In this document: one piece after another, positions 1 to 7,202 of the stretch
Layout: every line of letters starts with the position of its first letter
Position numbering within the stretch: position 1 is the first letter of the stretch
Source of the DNA: a virus
Virus record (IMG/VR): IMGVR_UViG_3300020215_000025
Strand: one strand, 5' to 3'
Length of the DNA: 43,575 nucleotides
Program-made: the position numbers and the translations under genes
The notes under the pieces: model-generated
What the model was told of the DNA's origin: nothing
The model's input: the letters and a program-made list of their open reading frames with translations, nothing else
Database searches by the model: none

Positions 1-127
1 AAAAATTTTATTTCTGAAATTTCTGCGCCGCGCGTGAGAGTGGGGTTAACAATGAAAACCCCCGCCACCCCTCCCCCGATTTACTTTTTGTTAACGGACG
101 ATTGTTCGCTTTGCTCTAGCCCTTGTG
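1..127. repeat. Terminal direct repeat, left copy (identical to 43449..43575); consistent with assembly overlap of a circular or terminally redundant genome
   Basis: First 127 bases read as identical to the last 127 bases of the window. Confidence 0.95.
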
Positions 128-668
128 CGGCAAGGGGTTCAGAGGACATGGTTAGTTTATCGCGCTTGATCTCTTCTCGTATTTGCTTCATCTCTTGCAG
201 GATTTCAAGCATGGCGCGTGCGGATTCTGAATTGTTTCCGGCGTAGTTGTGGACTTGTCGCGCATCGATCTTGATTTGAGAGTCTGATAACTTCCCCCTC
301 AATTTGAGTATTTTATCAACGCCGCTAATTCGAGCTTGCCAATCAGGTTCCTCTCCGACTTTGACTCCATTATGATAAATAGCCTTATTAGCTTGTCTGA
401 AGGAGTGAAAATCTCTAGCGAGATCTTCATCGCGTGCATATTCGGTTTCTAATAAATGGTTCAATCTATCTTGAATAGGTTCCCTGTCTAGGATTCTGCT
501 TGATTCAACAGCGATAGTAGAAGGTGAGGCGTTAGGGTAAGCAGCCGCATAAGCCTTTGACTGGTTCCCGTTATTTTCCAATAACTTACGGCAAAACCAC
601 TCTTGAGATACGTTAGGAAGCGGGGACTCTCCTGCCATGCTTAATTGATGCACCAGTTTATAGGACAC
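81..668 (-). CDS. terS: Terminase small subunit (Terminase_2-like)
   Basis: QEWFCRKLLENNGNQSKAYAAAYPNASPSTIAVESSRILDREPIQDRL fits the HTH N-terminus of Terminase_2 small subunits. On the circular map it lies upstream of terL on the same strand. Start uncertain (GTG 668 or ATG 638). Confidence 0.8.
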   Translation of the reverse strand: MSYKLVHQLSMAGESPLPNVSQEWFCRKLLENNGNQSKAYAAAYPNASPSTIAVESSRILDREPIQDRLNHLLETEYARDEDLARDFHSFRQANKAIYHNGVKVGEEPDWQARISGVDKILKLRGKLSDSQIKIDARQVHNYAGNNSESARAMLEILQEMKQIREEIKRDKLTMSSEPLAAQGLEQSEQSSVNKK

Positions 669-851
669 AAGTCAAGAAAAATCTTGGCACGCTCTCTGTA
701 TTACCGACAATTTAACGCATTCCACGAAGGATATTGCCTGGTTTTACCTAGCGTGTCTGTTTTTAAAACGCACAATGTCTAAAAGGGTAAACGTGTGCCT
801 GCGAACTGCCTAACATTCCGTGCAATTCCTTCATAATGTGCAATCCTATGC

Positions 852-880
852 TTGACAAGCTTATTCAGCTAGTTTATACT
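852..880 (+). promoter_or_regulatory. Sigma70-type early promoter P1
   Basis: TTGACA 852-857, 17-nt spacer, TATACT 875-880; AAGGAG 891-896 and ATG 906 follow. Confidence 0.7.
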
Positions 881-905
881 TCCCTCTAACAAGGAGTAAG
901 ACCGC

Positions 906-1073
906 ATGGCAACACATCCCGATCCGCAAGGCACGGTAAGGTATCAAATTGTTTTAAAGCCGGAACAGAGGCAAAAGATTAAACTAGACGCCCTTAAAGC
1001 CGGTTTCCCTAGCGTTAAAGATTATATCCTGCATAAATTAGGCTTAGACGGTAACGGTAAGCATAAGAAATAA
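906..1073 (+). CDS. Small ribbon-helix-helix-like regulator (55 aa)
   Basis: ORF below track cutoff; SD AAGGAG 9 nt upstream; VRYQIVLKPEQRQKIKLDALKAGFPSVKDYILHKL has a strand-helix-helix layout like Arc/CopG. Confidence 0.55.
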   Translation: MATHPDPQGTVRYQIVLKPEQRQKIKLDALKAGFPSVKDYILHKLGLDGNGKHKK

Positions 1074-1128
1074 GCCCCTCTCCTTAATTTAAGGTCTAAA
1101 CTTTCTTCCCATTCTTACGATATATGAC

Positions 1129-1157
1129 TTGACAAGCTTAGTAAGCTTAGGTATATT
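1129..1157 (+). promoter_or_regulatory. Sigma70-type early promoter P2
   Basis: TTGACA 1129-1134, 17-nt spacer containing AAGCTTAG twice, TATATT 1152-1157. Confidence 0.7.
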
Positions 1158-1175
1158 ATGAACTGTAGGACATAA

Positions 1176-1189
1176 AGCGCATGAGCGCT
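1176..1189 (+). promoter_or_regulatory. Tetraloop hairpin immediately 5' of SD
   Basis: AGCGC-ATGA-GCGCT followed by GGAAAGGA and ATG 1202. Confidence 0.5.
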
Positions 1190-1201
1190 GGAAAGGACAA
1201 T

Positions 1202-1408
1202 ATGGGAAAGATAGAGTTAAATCTAAAAGCAAGAGGACTGGCGCTGAAGATGTTGAATCATGTTCGGGTAACAAAGGCAGAAATTGCAGAGACTCGTAAA
1301 CATACCGGGATTAAGACGGCGCGTAAGCTAGTGAACATGTTCAAACATTCTAATCTCTGCCCTACTGTTACACGGTTAAGCTTTAGCAGAGTTTTAATCA
1401 CCTATTAA
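1202..1408 (+). CDS. Hypothetical early protein
   Basis: ATG 1202 in frame with track ORF 1181..1408, preceded by GGAAAGGA; first gene after P2. Confidence 0.55.
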   Translation: MGKIELNLKARGLALKMLNHVRVTKAEIAETRKHTGIKTARKLVNMFKHSNLCPTVTRLSFSRVLITY

Positions 1409-1423
1409 GCGCCGCATGAGCGC
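1409..1423 (+). promoter_or_regulatory. Intercistronic GC hairpin 5' of SD
   Basis: GCGC-cgcatga-GCGC then GAAGGAG and ATG 1439. Confidence 0.4.
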
Positions 1424-1438
1424 GAAGGAGCGAAGATT

Positions 1439-1573
1439 ATGAAAAATATCTGCCAGGCTTGCGGTAAACAATTTCAGTCTGAGCACTATGACAAGGTTTG
1501 CCAGCCATGCAATTATGACTGGATTATGACACCTTCTTTTCTTGCTGATATTGAGACTGTTAAAGCACGTTAA
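1439..1573 (+). CDS. Small zinc-ribbon protein (44 aa)
   Basis: MKNICQACGKQFQSEHYDKVCQPCNYDW: CxxC-x12-CxxC; SD GAAGGAG upstream. Confidence 0.55.
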   Translation: MKNICQACGKQFQSEHYDKVCQPCNYDWIMTPSFLADIETVKAR

Positions 1574-1581
1574 ATAAACCA

Positions 1582-1595
1582 CCGCATAAGCGCGG
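1582..1595 (+). promoter_or_regulatory. Intercistronic GC hairpin 5' of SD
   Basis: CCGC-ataagc-GCGG then GAAGGAG and ATG 1608. Confidence 0.4.
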
Positions 1596-1607
1596 AAGGA
1601 GTGAGGG

Positions 1608-1778
1608 ATGCAGACACTTTGGAAGGTAGAAACGGTTTTAAGAGTAAAGTATTTTAGAACGTGGAAAGCCGCCAATGATTATGCTGTCAAATTTGAATCT
1701 TCAAAGCTTATTCAAGCAAATGAATCGGAAAAGTGTTGGTATGAAACAAAACATAAAAATTGTGAGCATCTGAAATGA
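1608..1778 (+). CDS. Hypothetical early protein (56 aa)
   Basis: SD GGAAGGAG upstream; stop overlaps next start (ATGA). Confidence 0.5.
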   Translation: MQTLWKVETVLRVKYFRTWKAANDYAVKFESSKLIQANESEKCWYETKHKNCEHLK

Positions 1779-1936
1779 CTGACGAAAAATGGGTGCAAAT
1801 ACACGAAGATTTTGGGCATAAAGTGTATGCGGATAAATACCAATGCAAAACGTGCGGTCAAAGATACGAGCAATATATGGATATGACTATTTTAGAAAAA
1901 CACTTGTGGTTGATTAAGTATTTACCAGAAGCTTAA
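1775..1936 (+). CDS. Hypothetical early protein (53 aa, CxxC)
   Basis: ATGA coupling to upstream ORF; MTDEKWVQIHEDFGHKVYADKYQCKTCGQRY. Confidence 0.5.
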   Translation: MTDEKWVQIHEDFGHKVYADKYQCKTCGQRYEQYMDMTILEKHLWLIKYLPEA

Positions 1937-1942
1937 ACCAAA

Positions 1943-1956
1943 GCGCCTAGAGGCGT
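1943..1956 (+). promoter_or_regulatory. Tetraloop hairpin 5' of SD
   Basis: GCGCC-TAGA-GGCGT then CAGGAAGGA and ATG 1971. Confidence 0.5.
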
Positions 1957-1970
1957 CAGGAAGGAATGCT

Positions 1971-2147
1971 ATGAAAATTCTATGGGCCGTAAAGAAAGGT
2001 AATGAGGACTGGCAGGAAGAATTAATCACAGAGGACGAAACACGCATTGAGGCCGCTAGAAAATGGGCAGAGGCTAATGGATTTCACAAGTTCAGAGTAT
2101 CGGAATATAACGGAGAGAAACCGGATTTTACGAAGGTAATTAGATAA
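1971..2147 (+). CDS. Hypothetical early protein (58 aa)
   Basis: SD GGAAGGA upstream; MKILWAVKKGNEDWQEELITEDETRIEAARKWAEANGF. Confidence 0.5.
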   Translation: MKILWAVKKGNEDWQEELITEDETRIEAARKWAEANGFHKFRVSEYNGEKPDFTKVIR

Positions 2148-2149
2148 CG

Positions 2150-2161
2150 TGCCTAGAGGCG
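2150..2161 (+). promoter_or_regulatory. Tetraloop hairpin 5' of SD
   Basis: TGCC-TAGA-GGCG then GAAAGGA and ATG 2175. Confidence 0.5.
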
Positions 2162-2174
2162 GAAAGGAATCAAC

Positions 2175-2402
2175 ATGAAACTAGAGAAGTTTTTAGAACG
2201 CTCCAAAGCGGAAATTGAATTCTGGGACAAATGTGACCGTACACGCAATGAGAAGAAAGCTTTCATTAAAGCGGTTAGACGCACATTTAAGAATCCAGTA
2301 GAGCTAAGAGCCAATTTCGTAGTCGAAACAAATGAGCGTTTGCTTTATGCGTACAGCACAATGACAGACAGCTTTTACTTACTCGAAACTAAACAAGCTT
2401 AA
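2175..2402 (+). CDS. Hypothetical early protein (75 aa)
   Basis: Track ORF; SD GGAAAGGA upstream. Confidence 0.6.
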   Translation: MKLEKFLERSKAEIEFWDKCDRTRNEKKAFIKAVRRTFKNPVELRANFVVETNERLLYAYSTMTDSFYLLETKQA

Positions 2403-2405
2403 CTA

Positions 2406-2421
2406 CGTGCTTAGAGGCGCG
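2406..2421 (+). promoter_or_regulatory. Tetraloop hairpin 5' of SD
   Basis: CGTGCT-TAGA-GGCGCG (two G-U pairs) then GGAAAGGG and ATG 2437. Confidence 0.5.
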
Positions 2422-2436
2422 GGAAAGGGCGAGGAT

Positions 2437-2634
2437 ATGAGAACGCATTACGACAATAGACTCCCGGAAGGAATAACAATATACGAAAACTCTTTCGGCG
2501 AATTTGTTGCGGTTCAAAATGAAAGCATTGTGCAATTCAACGGCAAGAATGTAAGCGCAAGCAATAGCCTTGAGAATGCGGTTCAGTATTTCTTAAAGAA
2601 GGAAACGAATAGGAAGGCTTATTTAGGAGCCTAA
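2437..2634 (+). CDS. Hypothetical early protein (65 aa)
   Basis: ATG 2437 in frame with track ORF 2407..2634. Confidence 0.55.
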   Translation: MRTHYDNRLPEGITIYENSFGEFVAVQNESIVQFNGKNVSASNSLENAVQYFLKKETNRKAYLGA

Positions 2635-2706
2635 CAAGCCGCCCTACCCTACGCGAATAGGATAGGAGCGGGTACAGCAGTCTACCCGGATAGGAGCCGG
2701 GCAAAC

Positions 2707-3150
2707 ATGACAAAGAATAAAACAATTTCAAGCTTGGCGCAAGATGCTCTTAAATGCTTTGAATACCAAGAGGAACGTAAGATATGGGTATCAAAACACG
2801 ATAACCCATTATGGGAAGAATGGGTTAAGGACATGGTTTTCAATGCTCACGACGATATGGGGCCGGATGATTATAAATATAAGTTTATCGTTGATGCACT
2901 TGAAACATTGTCTGAATGTGAAACGGAAGAGCAAGCAGATGAAAGGCGCTGTGAGATTGAAGCGGATATTTACACAGCTGATTTAACGGCGTGGTTAGCG
3001 TCCAATATTAACAGGGTTTATTATCTTGAGGAAGCAATAAAGAACGGCGCAACGGACGGTTTTAGCTTGCTGGCAATGGCGCAAGTTCAAGAAAAAGAGG
3101 AAGTTTTTTATTCAGTCCTTCAAGCTATTTTGAAGCAACTAGAAGCCTAA
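2707..3150 (+). CDS. Strongly acidic early protein (147 aa)
   Basis: Track ORF; about 31 D/E versus 15 K/R by my count; no recognisable enzymatic motif. Confidence 0.65.
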   Translation: MTKNKTISSLAQDALKCFEYQEERKIWVSKHDNPLWEEWVKDMVFNAHDDMGPDDYKYKFIVDALETLSECETEEQADERRCEIEADIYTADLTAWLASNINRVYYLEEAIKNGATDGFSLLAMAQVQEKEEVFYSVLQAILKQLEA

Positions 3151-3174
3151 CCAAAACAGGAAAGGAAGCGGAGC

Positions 3175-3408
3175 GTGATAACTAAAACACCACCTACAGA
3201 ATTTCATTATTCAAGATGGCGGCATGGCGGTTGGTATGTTCACAATGTGCGCTATCCATCCGGCGCGATTGGTTGCGTATCAAGAAACTACGTTGACGGT
3301 AAATGGCGAATAGTATGCGATTCCCGCCCATTTGAGGAACAGCCAACATTTAAAACCAGGGACAAAGCCGCGCTTGCTGAATGGATGATTGCAAACGAAG
3401 CGGCCTAA
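3175..3408 (+). CDS. Hypothetical protein (77 aa)
   Basis: Track ORF, GTG start after GGAAAGGAAGCGGAG. Confidence 0.55.
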   Translation: MITKTPPTEFHYSRWRHGGWYVHNVRYPSGAIGCVSRNYVDGKWRIVCDSRPFEEQPTFKTRDKAALAEWMIANEAA

Positions 3409-3436
3409 CCCAACACAAACGAAAGGAAGCGCGACC

Positions 3437-3733
3437 ATGGGAACTAGACACGATGAAGAAACAGAAAAAGAGATGAAGGCGAATATGGCGGTGAGGCATA
3501 CGCCTGAGCCACTCCATCACCATAAAAACAATGGTAGCTTTTATCCGAATTGCAAACGTTGTGCGTTGAATGCAGCAGCGCCAGACCTTTTAACCGCTTC
3601 AGAACTCGCATTAAAAATGGCGGCGACATTAATGGACGAACTTTCCGGCAAAAAAGCAACTGATTGGAAAATCGTAAATGATGCCGCTGTAGCGTTAGAG
3701 CGTGCAATCAATAAAGCCAAAGGCCGCGCATGA
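3437..3733 (+). CDS. Hypothetical protein (98 aa)
   Basis: ATG 3437 after GAAAGGAAG; in frame with track ORF 3389..3733. Confidence 0.55.
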   Translation: MGTRHDEETEKEMKANMAVRHTPEPLHHHKNNGSFYPNCKRCALNAAAPDLLTASELALKMAATLMDELSGKKATDWKIVNDAAVALERAINKAKGRA

Positions 3734-3924
3734 AAAAGAAAACTGACATTACTTGGATTGGCAAAGTAAAGACACATGAAATAGATGAGCTGATGGCTTG
3801 TGAATGCTGCCGGAAGCTATTCCTGGCTGATGATTTAGGAGAATACGTTGAAACAGGTTCCGAAGAAAGCACACAACCTGTTTATCATTACCTTTGCGAA
3901 AAATGCTTCGATGGGCTTGAGTGA
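3730..3924 (+). CDS. Small Cys-rich protein (64 aa)
   Basis: ATGA coupling; CECC...CEKC cysteine pairs. Confidence 0.55.
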   Translation: MKKKTDITWIGKVKTHEIDELMACECCRKLFLADDLGEYVETGSEESTQPVYHYLCEKCFDGLE

Positions 3925-4149
3925 CTTTAGTACATTTATTTTCTAAATCTGAAATATTTTGCTTGAAACAGAATGTAATTTACGTTTAGTGTACGCGACA
4001 TGACAAATTTCCTTGGCGGGAATTATGAGTCAATCAAACAATAAAAGTTTAGGCATGCCCGGAGTGTCTGCAAAGACACCATCTTGCACGCAAGGTGCAC
4101 CCGCCAAGGTTCCGGGCCTCTGCCTTCCCCTATTACGGAGAACTTCACA

Positions 4150-5199
4150 ATGAGTGGTTTCGGATACTTTGACGCTTCACAATATGAACCTAAGAAAGAT
4201 GAAACGGCTTGGATAGTAAAGAACGTAATTCCTAAAGGCTTGGGCTTTGTGGCTGGCCCTCCAAAGGGCAATGCCTCCCCTCATGGCGGTAAGAGTGTGC
4301 TACAAAGAAAACTTGGCATTTCGATTATTACGAAGCAACCATTCTTTCAATTCGATACGCTTGAGAGCGGGAACATACTTTTTGTGAATTTGGATGAAGA
4401 TCCGGATAAGCAAGTCCGGCTCTACTACCGCATGACGAAGGGTAAGAAGATACCGGGCTATTACATCTCCAAGGCTAAGTCGTGCCGCCTTCCTGAGCAG
4501 CTCCCCTTACTTGAGGAAGATATTAAGACGCTTAAGCCGCTTGTCGTGTTCATTGATCCGTTTATGAGGGTTCTGAATGGCCGGGACGTAAAGGAACAGA
4601 AAGACGTTGGCCCAATCATCGACGGCCTAAAACGCCTTGTTCTAGAGTACAAAGTAACGATTATCGTAAGTCACCACTCTATTAAGGGACTGAATAAGAA
4701 ACATAAGGAGAATACGGCACAATGGCTTAGCGGCTCGGTTGACCTGGATAGTGCCTGGGACTTCTGCCTATGCGTTGAGTGGGACAAGGAAAGCGACGTT
4801 ATGCATGTCAGGAACTTTCAGAAAGAAAAAGCTAAGACAGACTTCTTCTATCAAGCCGAGATAGTGAACGGAGACGAGATTGTCGATCTGATTGAGATTC
4901 CAGAAGAGTTTAAATCTAGCCAGCAGGCTCGCATGATTTGGCGCGCACTTTATACCCACGGACCAGACCTTAGCTCACGTCAACTTTCGGAGATGTTAAA
5001 GATCGCAGAATCAAGCGTAAGATTTCAACTAAATGGCCCCATAAAAAAGTACGCAGTAAAACTCGCTTGTATCAGAACGGCACACATGCAGCAGGCTCAA
5101 AAAATAAACAAGTATTTGGATGAATTAGACGACATCTGCGTAAATCTGGAAGATGTTGTGGATCTTGGACTTAACCCGCGCAGTGAAGACCTTAATTAA
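4150..5199 (+). CDS. RecA-fold ATPase, AAA_25/RepA-like (putative replication helicase/initiator) with C-terminal wHTH-like region
   Basis: Walker A ASPHGGKS, Walker B LVVFIDPF, IIVSHHSIKG sensor-like segment. ATG 4150 has GGAG 9 nt upstream; the track ORF starts at TTG 4084. Confidence 0.65.
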   Translation: MSGFGYFDASQYEPKKDETAWIVKNVIPKGLGFVAGPPKGNASPHGGKSVLQRKLGISIITKQPFFQFDTLESGNILFVNLDEDPDKQVRLYYRMTKGKKIPGYYISKAKSCRLPEQLPLLEEDIKTLKPLVVFIDPFMRVLNGRDVKEQKDVGPIIDGLKRLVLEYKVTIIVSHHSIKGLNKKHKENTAQWLSGSVDLDSAWDFCLCVEWDKESDVMHVRNFQKEKAKTDFFYQAEIVNGDEIVDLIEIPEEFKSSQQARMIWRALYTHGPDLSSRQLSEMLKIAESSVRFQLNGPIKKYAVKLACIRTAHMQQAQKINKYLDELDDICVNLEDVVDLGLNPRSEDLN

Positions 5200-5207
5200 G
5201 TAGGCAC

Positions 5208-5269
5208 TACTGCGTACCTACGTTTCCCTACGCAGTAACGCCCCCTCCTGTAAGGAGGGCGTACTGCGG
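5208..5269. promoter_or_regulatory. Hairpin/iteron-like cluster downstream of the ATPase gene
   Basis: TACTGCGTA 5208-5216 and its complement TACGCAGTA 5229-5237; GC hairpin CCTCC-tgtaa-GGAGG around 5244-5258; third copy GTACTGCGG 5261-5269. Confidence 0.45.
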
Positions 5270-5289
5270 GAACGTACGAAAAGGATAAA

Positions 5290-5562
5290 ATGGAAACCAA
5301 AAAAACGACCACAAAAATATGGCTGATCGGACGCCGGATCTATTTCAACAAAATTGAGAAAACTTTTGTAATTGATTCATGCCATCCGAAATATCAAATT
5401 TATCCGGATGAGCTTAGTCAGATGTTTTTGATTGCGCTGAAGTATCGCTTGCTTGAGTTTCACCTCGTAACTAATCAAGAAAGTGACGAGATATGGGGTG
5501 GTAAGTTCAATTTCAGAGTGTTTGACGAGAAGATGTTTAAAGATTGGCTTGAGGAAGAATAA
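5290..5562 (+). CDS. Hypothetical protein (90 aa)
   Basis: Track ORF; SD AAAGGA upstream. Confidence 0.6.
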   Translation: METKKTTTKIWLIGRRIYFNKIEKTFVIDSCHPKYQIYPDELSQMFLIALKYRLLEFHLVTNQESDEIWGGKFNFRVFDEKMFKDWLEEE

Positions 5563-5576
5563 TTAAACTATTCTAC

Positions 5577-5605
5577 TTGACAAGTATACTAAGCTTTGCT
5601 ATAGT
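5577..5605 (+). promoter_or_regulatory. Sigma70-type promoter P3
   Basis: TTGACA 5577-5582, 17-nt spacer, TATAGT 5600-5605; same CTTGACAAG context as P1/P2. Confidence 0.7.
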
Positions 5606-5642
5606 TGGAATATCCGGTGAGGATATAACCGAAAGGGACGAT

Positions 5643-5939
5643 ATGTTGTTAGAGGTAGAAGGTCCGGTCGTAATGACCGATGGAGTAAGGAGGAAGTACA
5701 ACTTAGTGGAAGTGGCCAGGCAGTTAATTGCGAATATGAAGATGCTTGGATGGTCGAAGTACCGCTTGGCTAAGGAGCTTGAGCATACGTGGGGAACAGT
5801 CCACGCATGGGAGCGCGGCTGGTGGAATCCAGAGCCGCAGCACCTCAATAAGCTTCAAACGCTCTTTATTCAGGAGTGTACGAGGCGCGGTATGACGACC
5901 TTCGAGTTTAACGAAAGATACGGGGTCACTCAGAAATAA
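5643..5939 (+). CDS. XRE-family helix-turn-helix regulator
   Basis: LGWSKYRLAKELEHTWGTVHAWERGWWNPEPQHLNKL fits the HTH_3/XRE pattern; ATG 5643 lies downstream of P3, whereas the track ORF start 5577 sits inside the promoter. Confidence 0.7.
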   Translation: MLLEVEGPVVMTDGVRRKYNLVEVARQLIANMKMLGWSKYRLAKELEHTWGTVHAWERGWWNPEPQHLNKLQTLFIQECTRRGMTTFEFNERYGVTQK

Positions 5940-5942
5940 TTT

Positions 5943-6662
5943 ATGAGGACCGCTAAAGTTTTCAGACTATATGCCGATATATTCGGAACACGAGAGCATA
6001 ATATGACTATACAGACCGATAAGGTGATTCGTAAAATGGAAAATAGGACGCATTCCCCTGTGTATACTAAATATGCTCAGATCAATTTAATTAAGGCTGC
6101 TAGTATACATTATAGGACTCAAAATGAGTCGTATGTGTATATACCGTATGTAGTTAGAGCATTTCGTAGTTTCCTCCTAGTTGTAGGACTCTCCCTCGTA
6201 AGTTCGTTTATCCCGGTATATTCAGAAAGTAATCTGACAGGTTCTTCTGCCCATTCTGATTATGCCCACAATATCGCAGATCATAAGCAGATAGACCTCT
6301 CTGCTATAGCTCAGATCGAGTCAAGCGGTCGCGCTTCGGCTGTCGGAGACGGCGGCAAGGCGCTCGGGCTGTTCCAGATCCATCCTCCCGTAGTTCAGGA
6401 CTACAACAAGTTCAATAAGGCGTCCTTTACCCATAAGGACATGCTTGAGCCAGTCAAAGCGCGTTTAGTTGCAGACTGGTACCTCAATAAGCGTATTCCA
6501 GCCTTACTCGCTCATTATTCCCTGCCAGACACCCCTTATTTTCGCATTAGAGCCTATAACGAGGGGTTTCTGCGCTCTATCAAGGGTAGACAGCCATCTC
6601 GCATTACGAGGGCTTATATCGAGCGCTACAACAAGTTAACCAAAAAGGAGAGTGTGAAATGA
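5943..6662 (+). CDS. Lytic transglycosylase (SLT domain) with N-terminal membrane segment
   Basis: IAQIESSGRASAVGDGGKALGLFQIH contains the catalytic-Glu SLT motif; hydrophobic FRSFLLVVGLSLVSSFIPVY upstream; start uncertain (5943, 6003 or later). Confidence 0.75.
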   Translation: MRTAKVFRLYADIFGTREHNMTIQTDKVIRKMENRTHSPVYTKYAQINLIKAASIHYRTQNESYVYIPYVVRAFRSFLLVVGLSLVSSFIPVYSESNLTGSSAHSDYAHNIADHKQIDLSAIAQIESSGRASAVGDGGKALGLFQIHPPVVQDYNKFNKASFTHKDMLEPVKARLVADWYLNKRIPALLAHYSLPDTPYFRIRAYNEGFLRSIKGRQPSRITRAYIERYNKLTKKESVK

Positions 6663-6892
6663 ACCAGACGTACAGGATCGGAGACAAGGTTGTAATTCAT
6701 AAGGTGGGGCATGTGGAGAAGGTCGTTTATGACAGCGTATCGAAACGCATTGAGTATTGGATTCGGTTCGAGGACGGGCAGACGAGTTACGGGTATGCGA
6801 ACGTGACGGATGATGTGTTGATGCAGCCCGGAGAACAGCGATTGACGCAGGATGAGATTAACCGGCTGTTTAAGGATGGGTTAGCGTCATGA
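6659..6892 (+). CDS. Hypothetical protein (77 aa)
   Basis: Track ORF, ATGA coupling to the upstream gene. Confidence 0.55.
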   Translation: MNQTYRIGDKVVIHKVGHVEKVVYDSVSKRIEYWIRFEDGQTSYGYANVTDDVLMQPGEQRLTQDEINRLFKDGLAS

Positions 6893-7038
6893 AACAAGCC
6901 CACGCAGAAGAACCGTTTGAGGCAGGACTGAAGACAGCGCTTGAACTGATTAAGCGCGGGATTGCGTCAGGACTTACCGCAGAAGAAGCGATTCAGGCGC
7001 TTGAACGGGCAGTTTACCGCTCGAAGGAGGCCGCATGA
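6889..7038 (+). CDS. Hypothetical protein (49 aa)
   Basis: ATGA coupling at both ends. Confidence 0.45.
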   Translation: MKQAHAEEPFEAGLKTALELIKRGIASGLTAEEAIQALERAVYRSKEAA

Positions 7039-7202
7039 TGGACTTTAGCGATTACTACCCTGCCGGTGTGACAGAGAAGATGATTCAGAAGTTGTATCGA
7101 GTGGAGTTGTGCCGCTTGTGTGGACACGATAAGGACGAAGAAGGGTTCTGCCAGTTCTGCTACGACATGGAATCCAAGTGGGAAGTGGAGGATGAGAGAT
7201 GA
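7035..7202 (+). CDS. Small Cys-rich protein (55 aa)
   Basis: CRLCGHDKDEEGFCQFC; ATGA coupling at both ends. Confidence 0.5.
   Translation: MMDFSDYYPAGVTEKMIQKLYRVELCRLCGHDKDEEGFCQFCYDMESKWEVEDER

Noticed and set aside
34-246. 70-aa plus-strand ORF at the window start, and minus-strand ORFs 1089..1274 and 1394..1675
   Set aside because: They run antisense to terS or to the SD-led early genes and promoters, so they are most likely shadow ORFs.
671-676. TTGACT on the minus strand as a -35 for a terS promoter
   Set aside because: The only nearby -10-like string (TATAAA) is 7 nt away instead of 16-18, and the region may be terS coding sequence. There is no usable promoter geometry.
3963-3991. 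Fourth early promoter (TTGAAA ... TTAGTG) upstream of the ATPase gene
   Set aside because: The -10 candidate is poor (TTAGTG) and the CTTGACAAG context of P1-P3 is missing. Evidence is insufficient.
4084-4149. Upstream TTG start of the AAA_25-like ORF (track coordinates 4084..5199), and a 42-aa ORF 4025..4153
   Set aside because: The N-terminal 22 residues (MHARCTRQGSGPLPSPITENFT) have no SD, whereas ATG 4150 has GGAG at a 9-nt spacing. The 42-aa ORF has only a weak SD and low-complexity content, so I did not list it.
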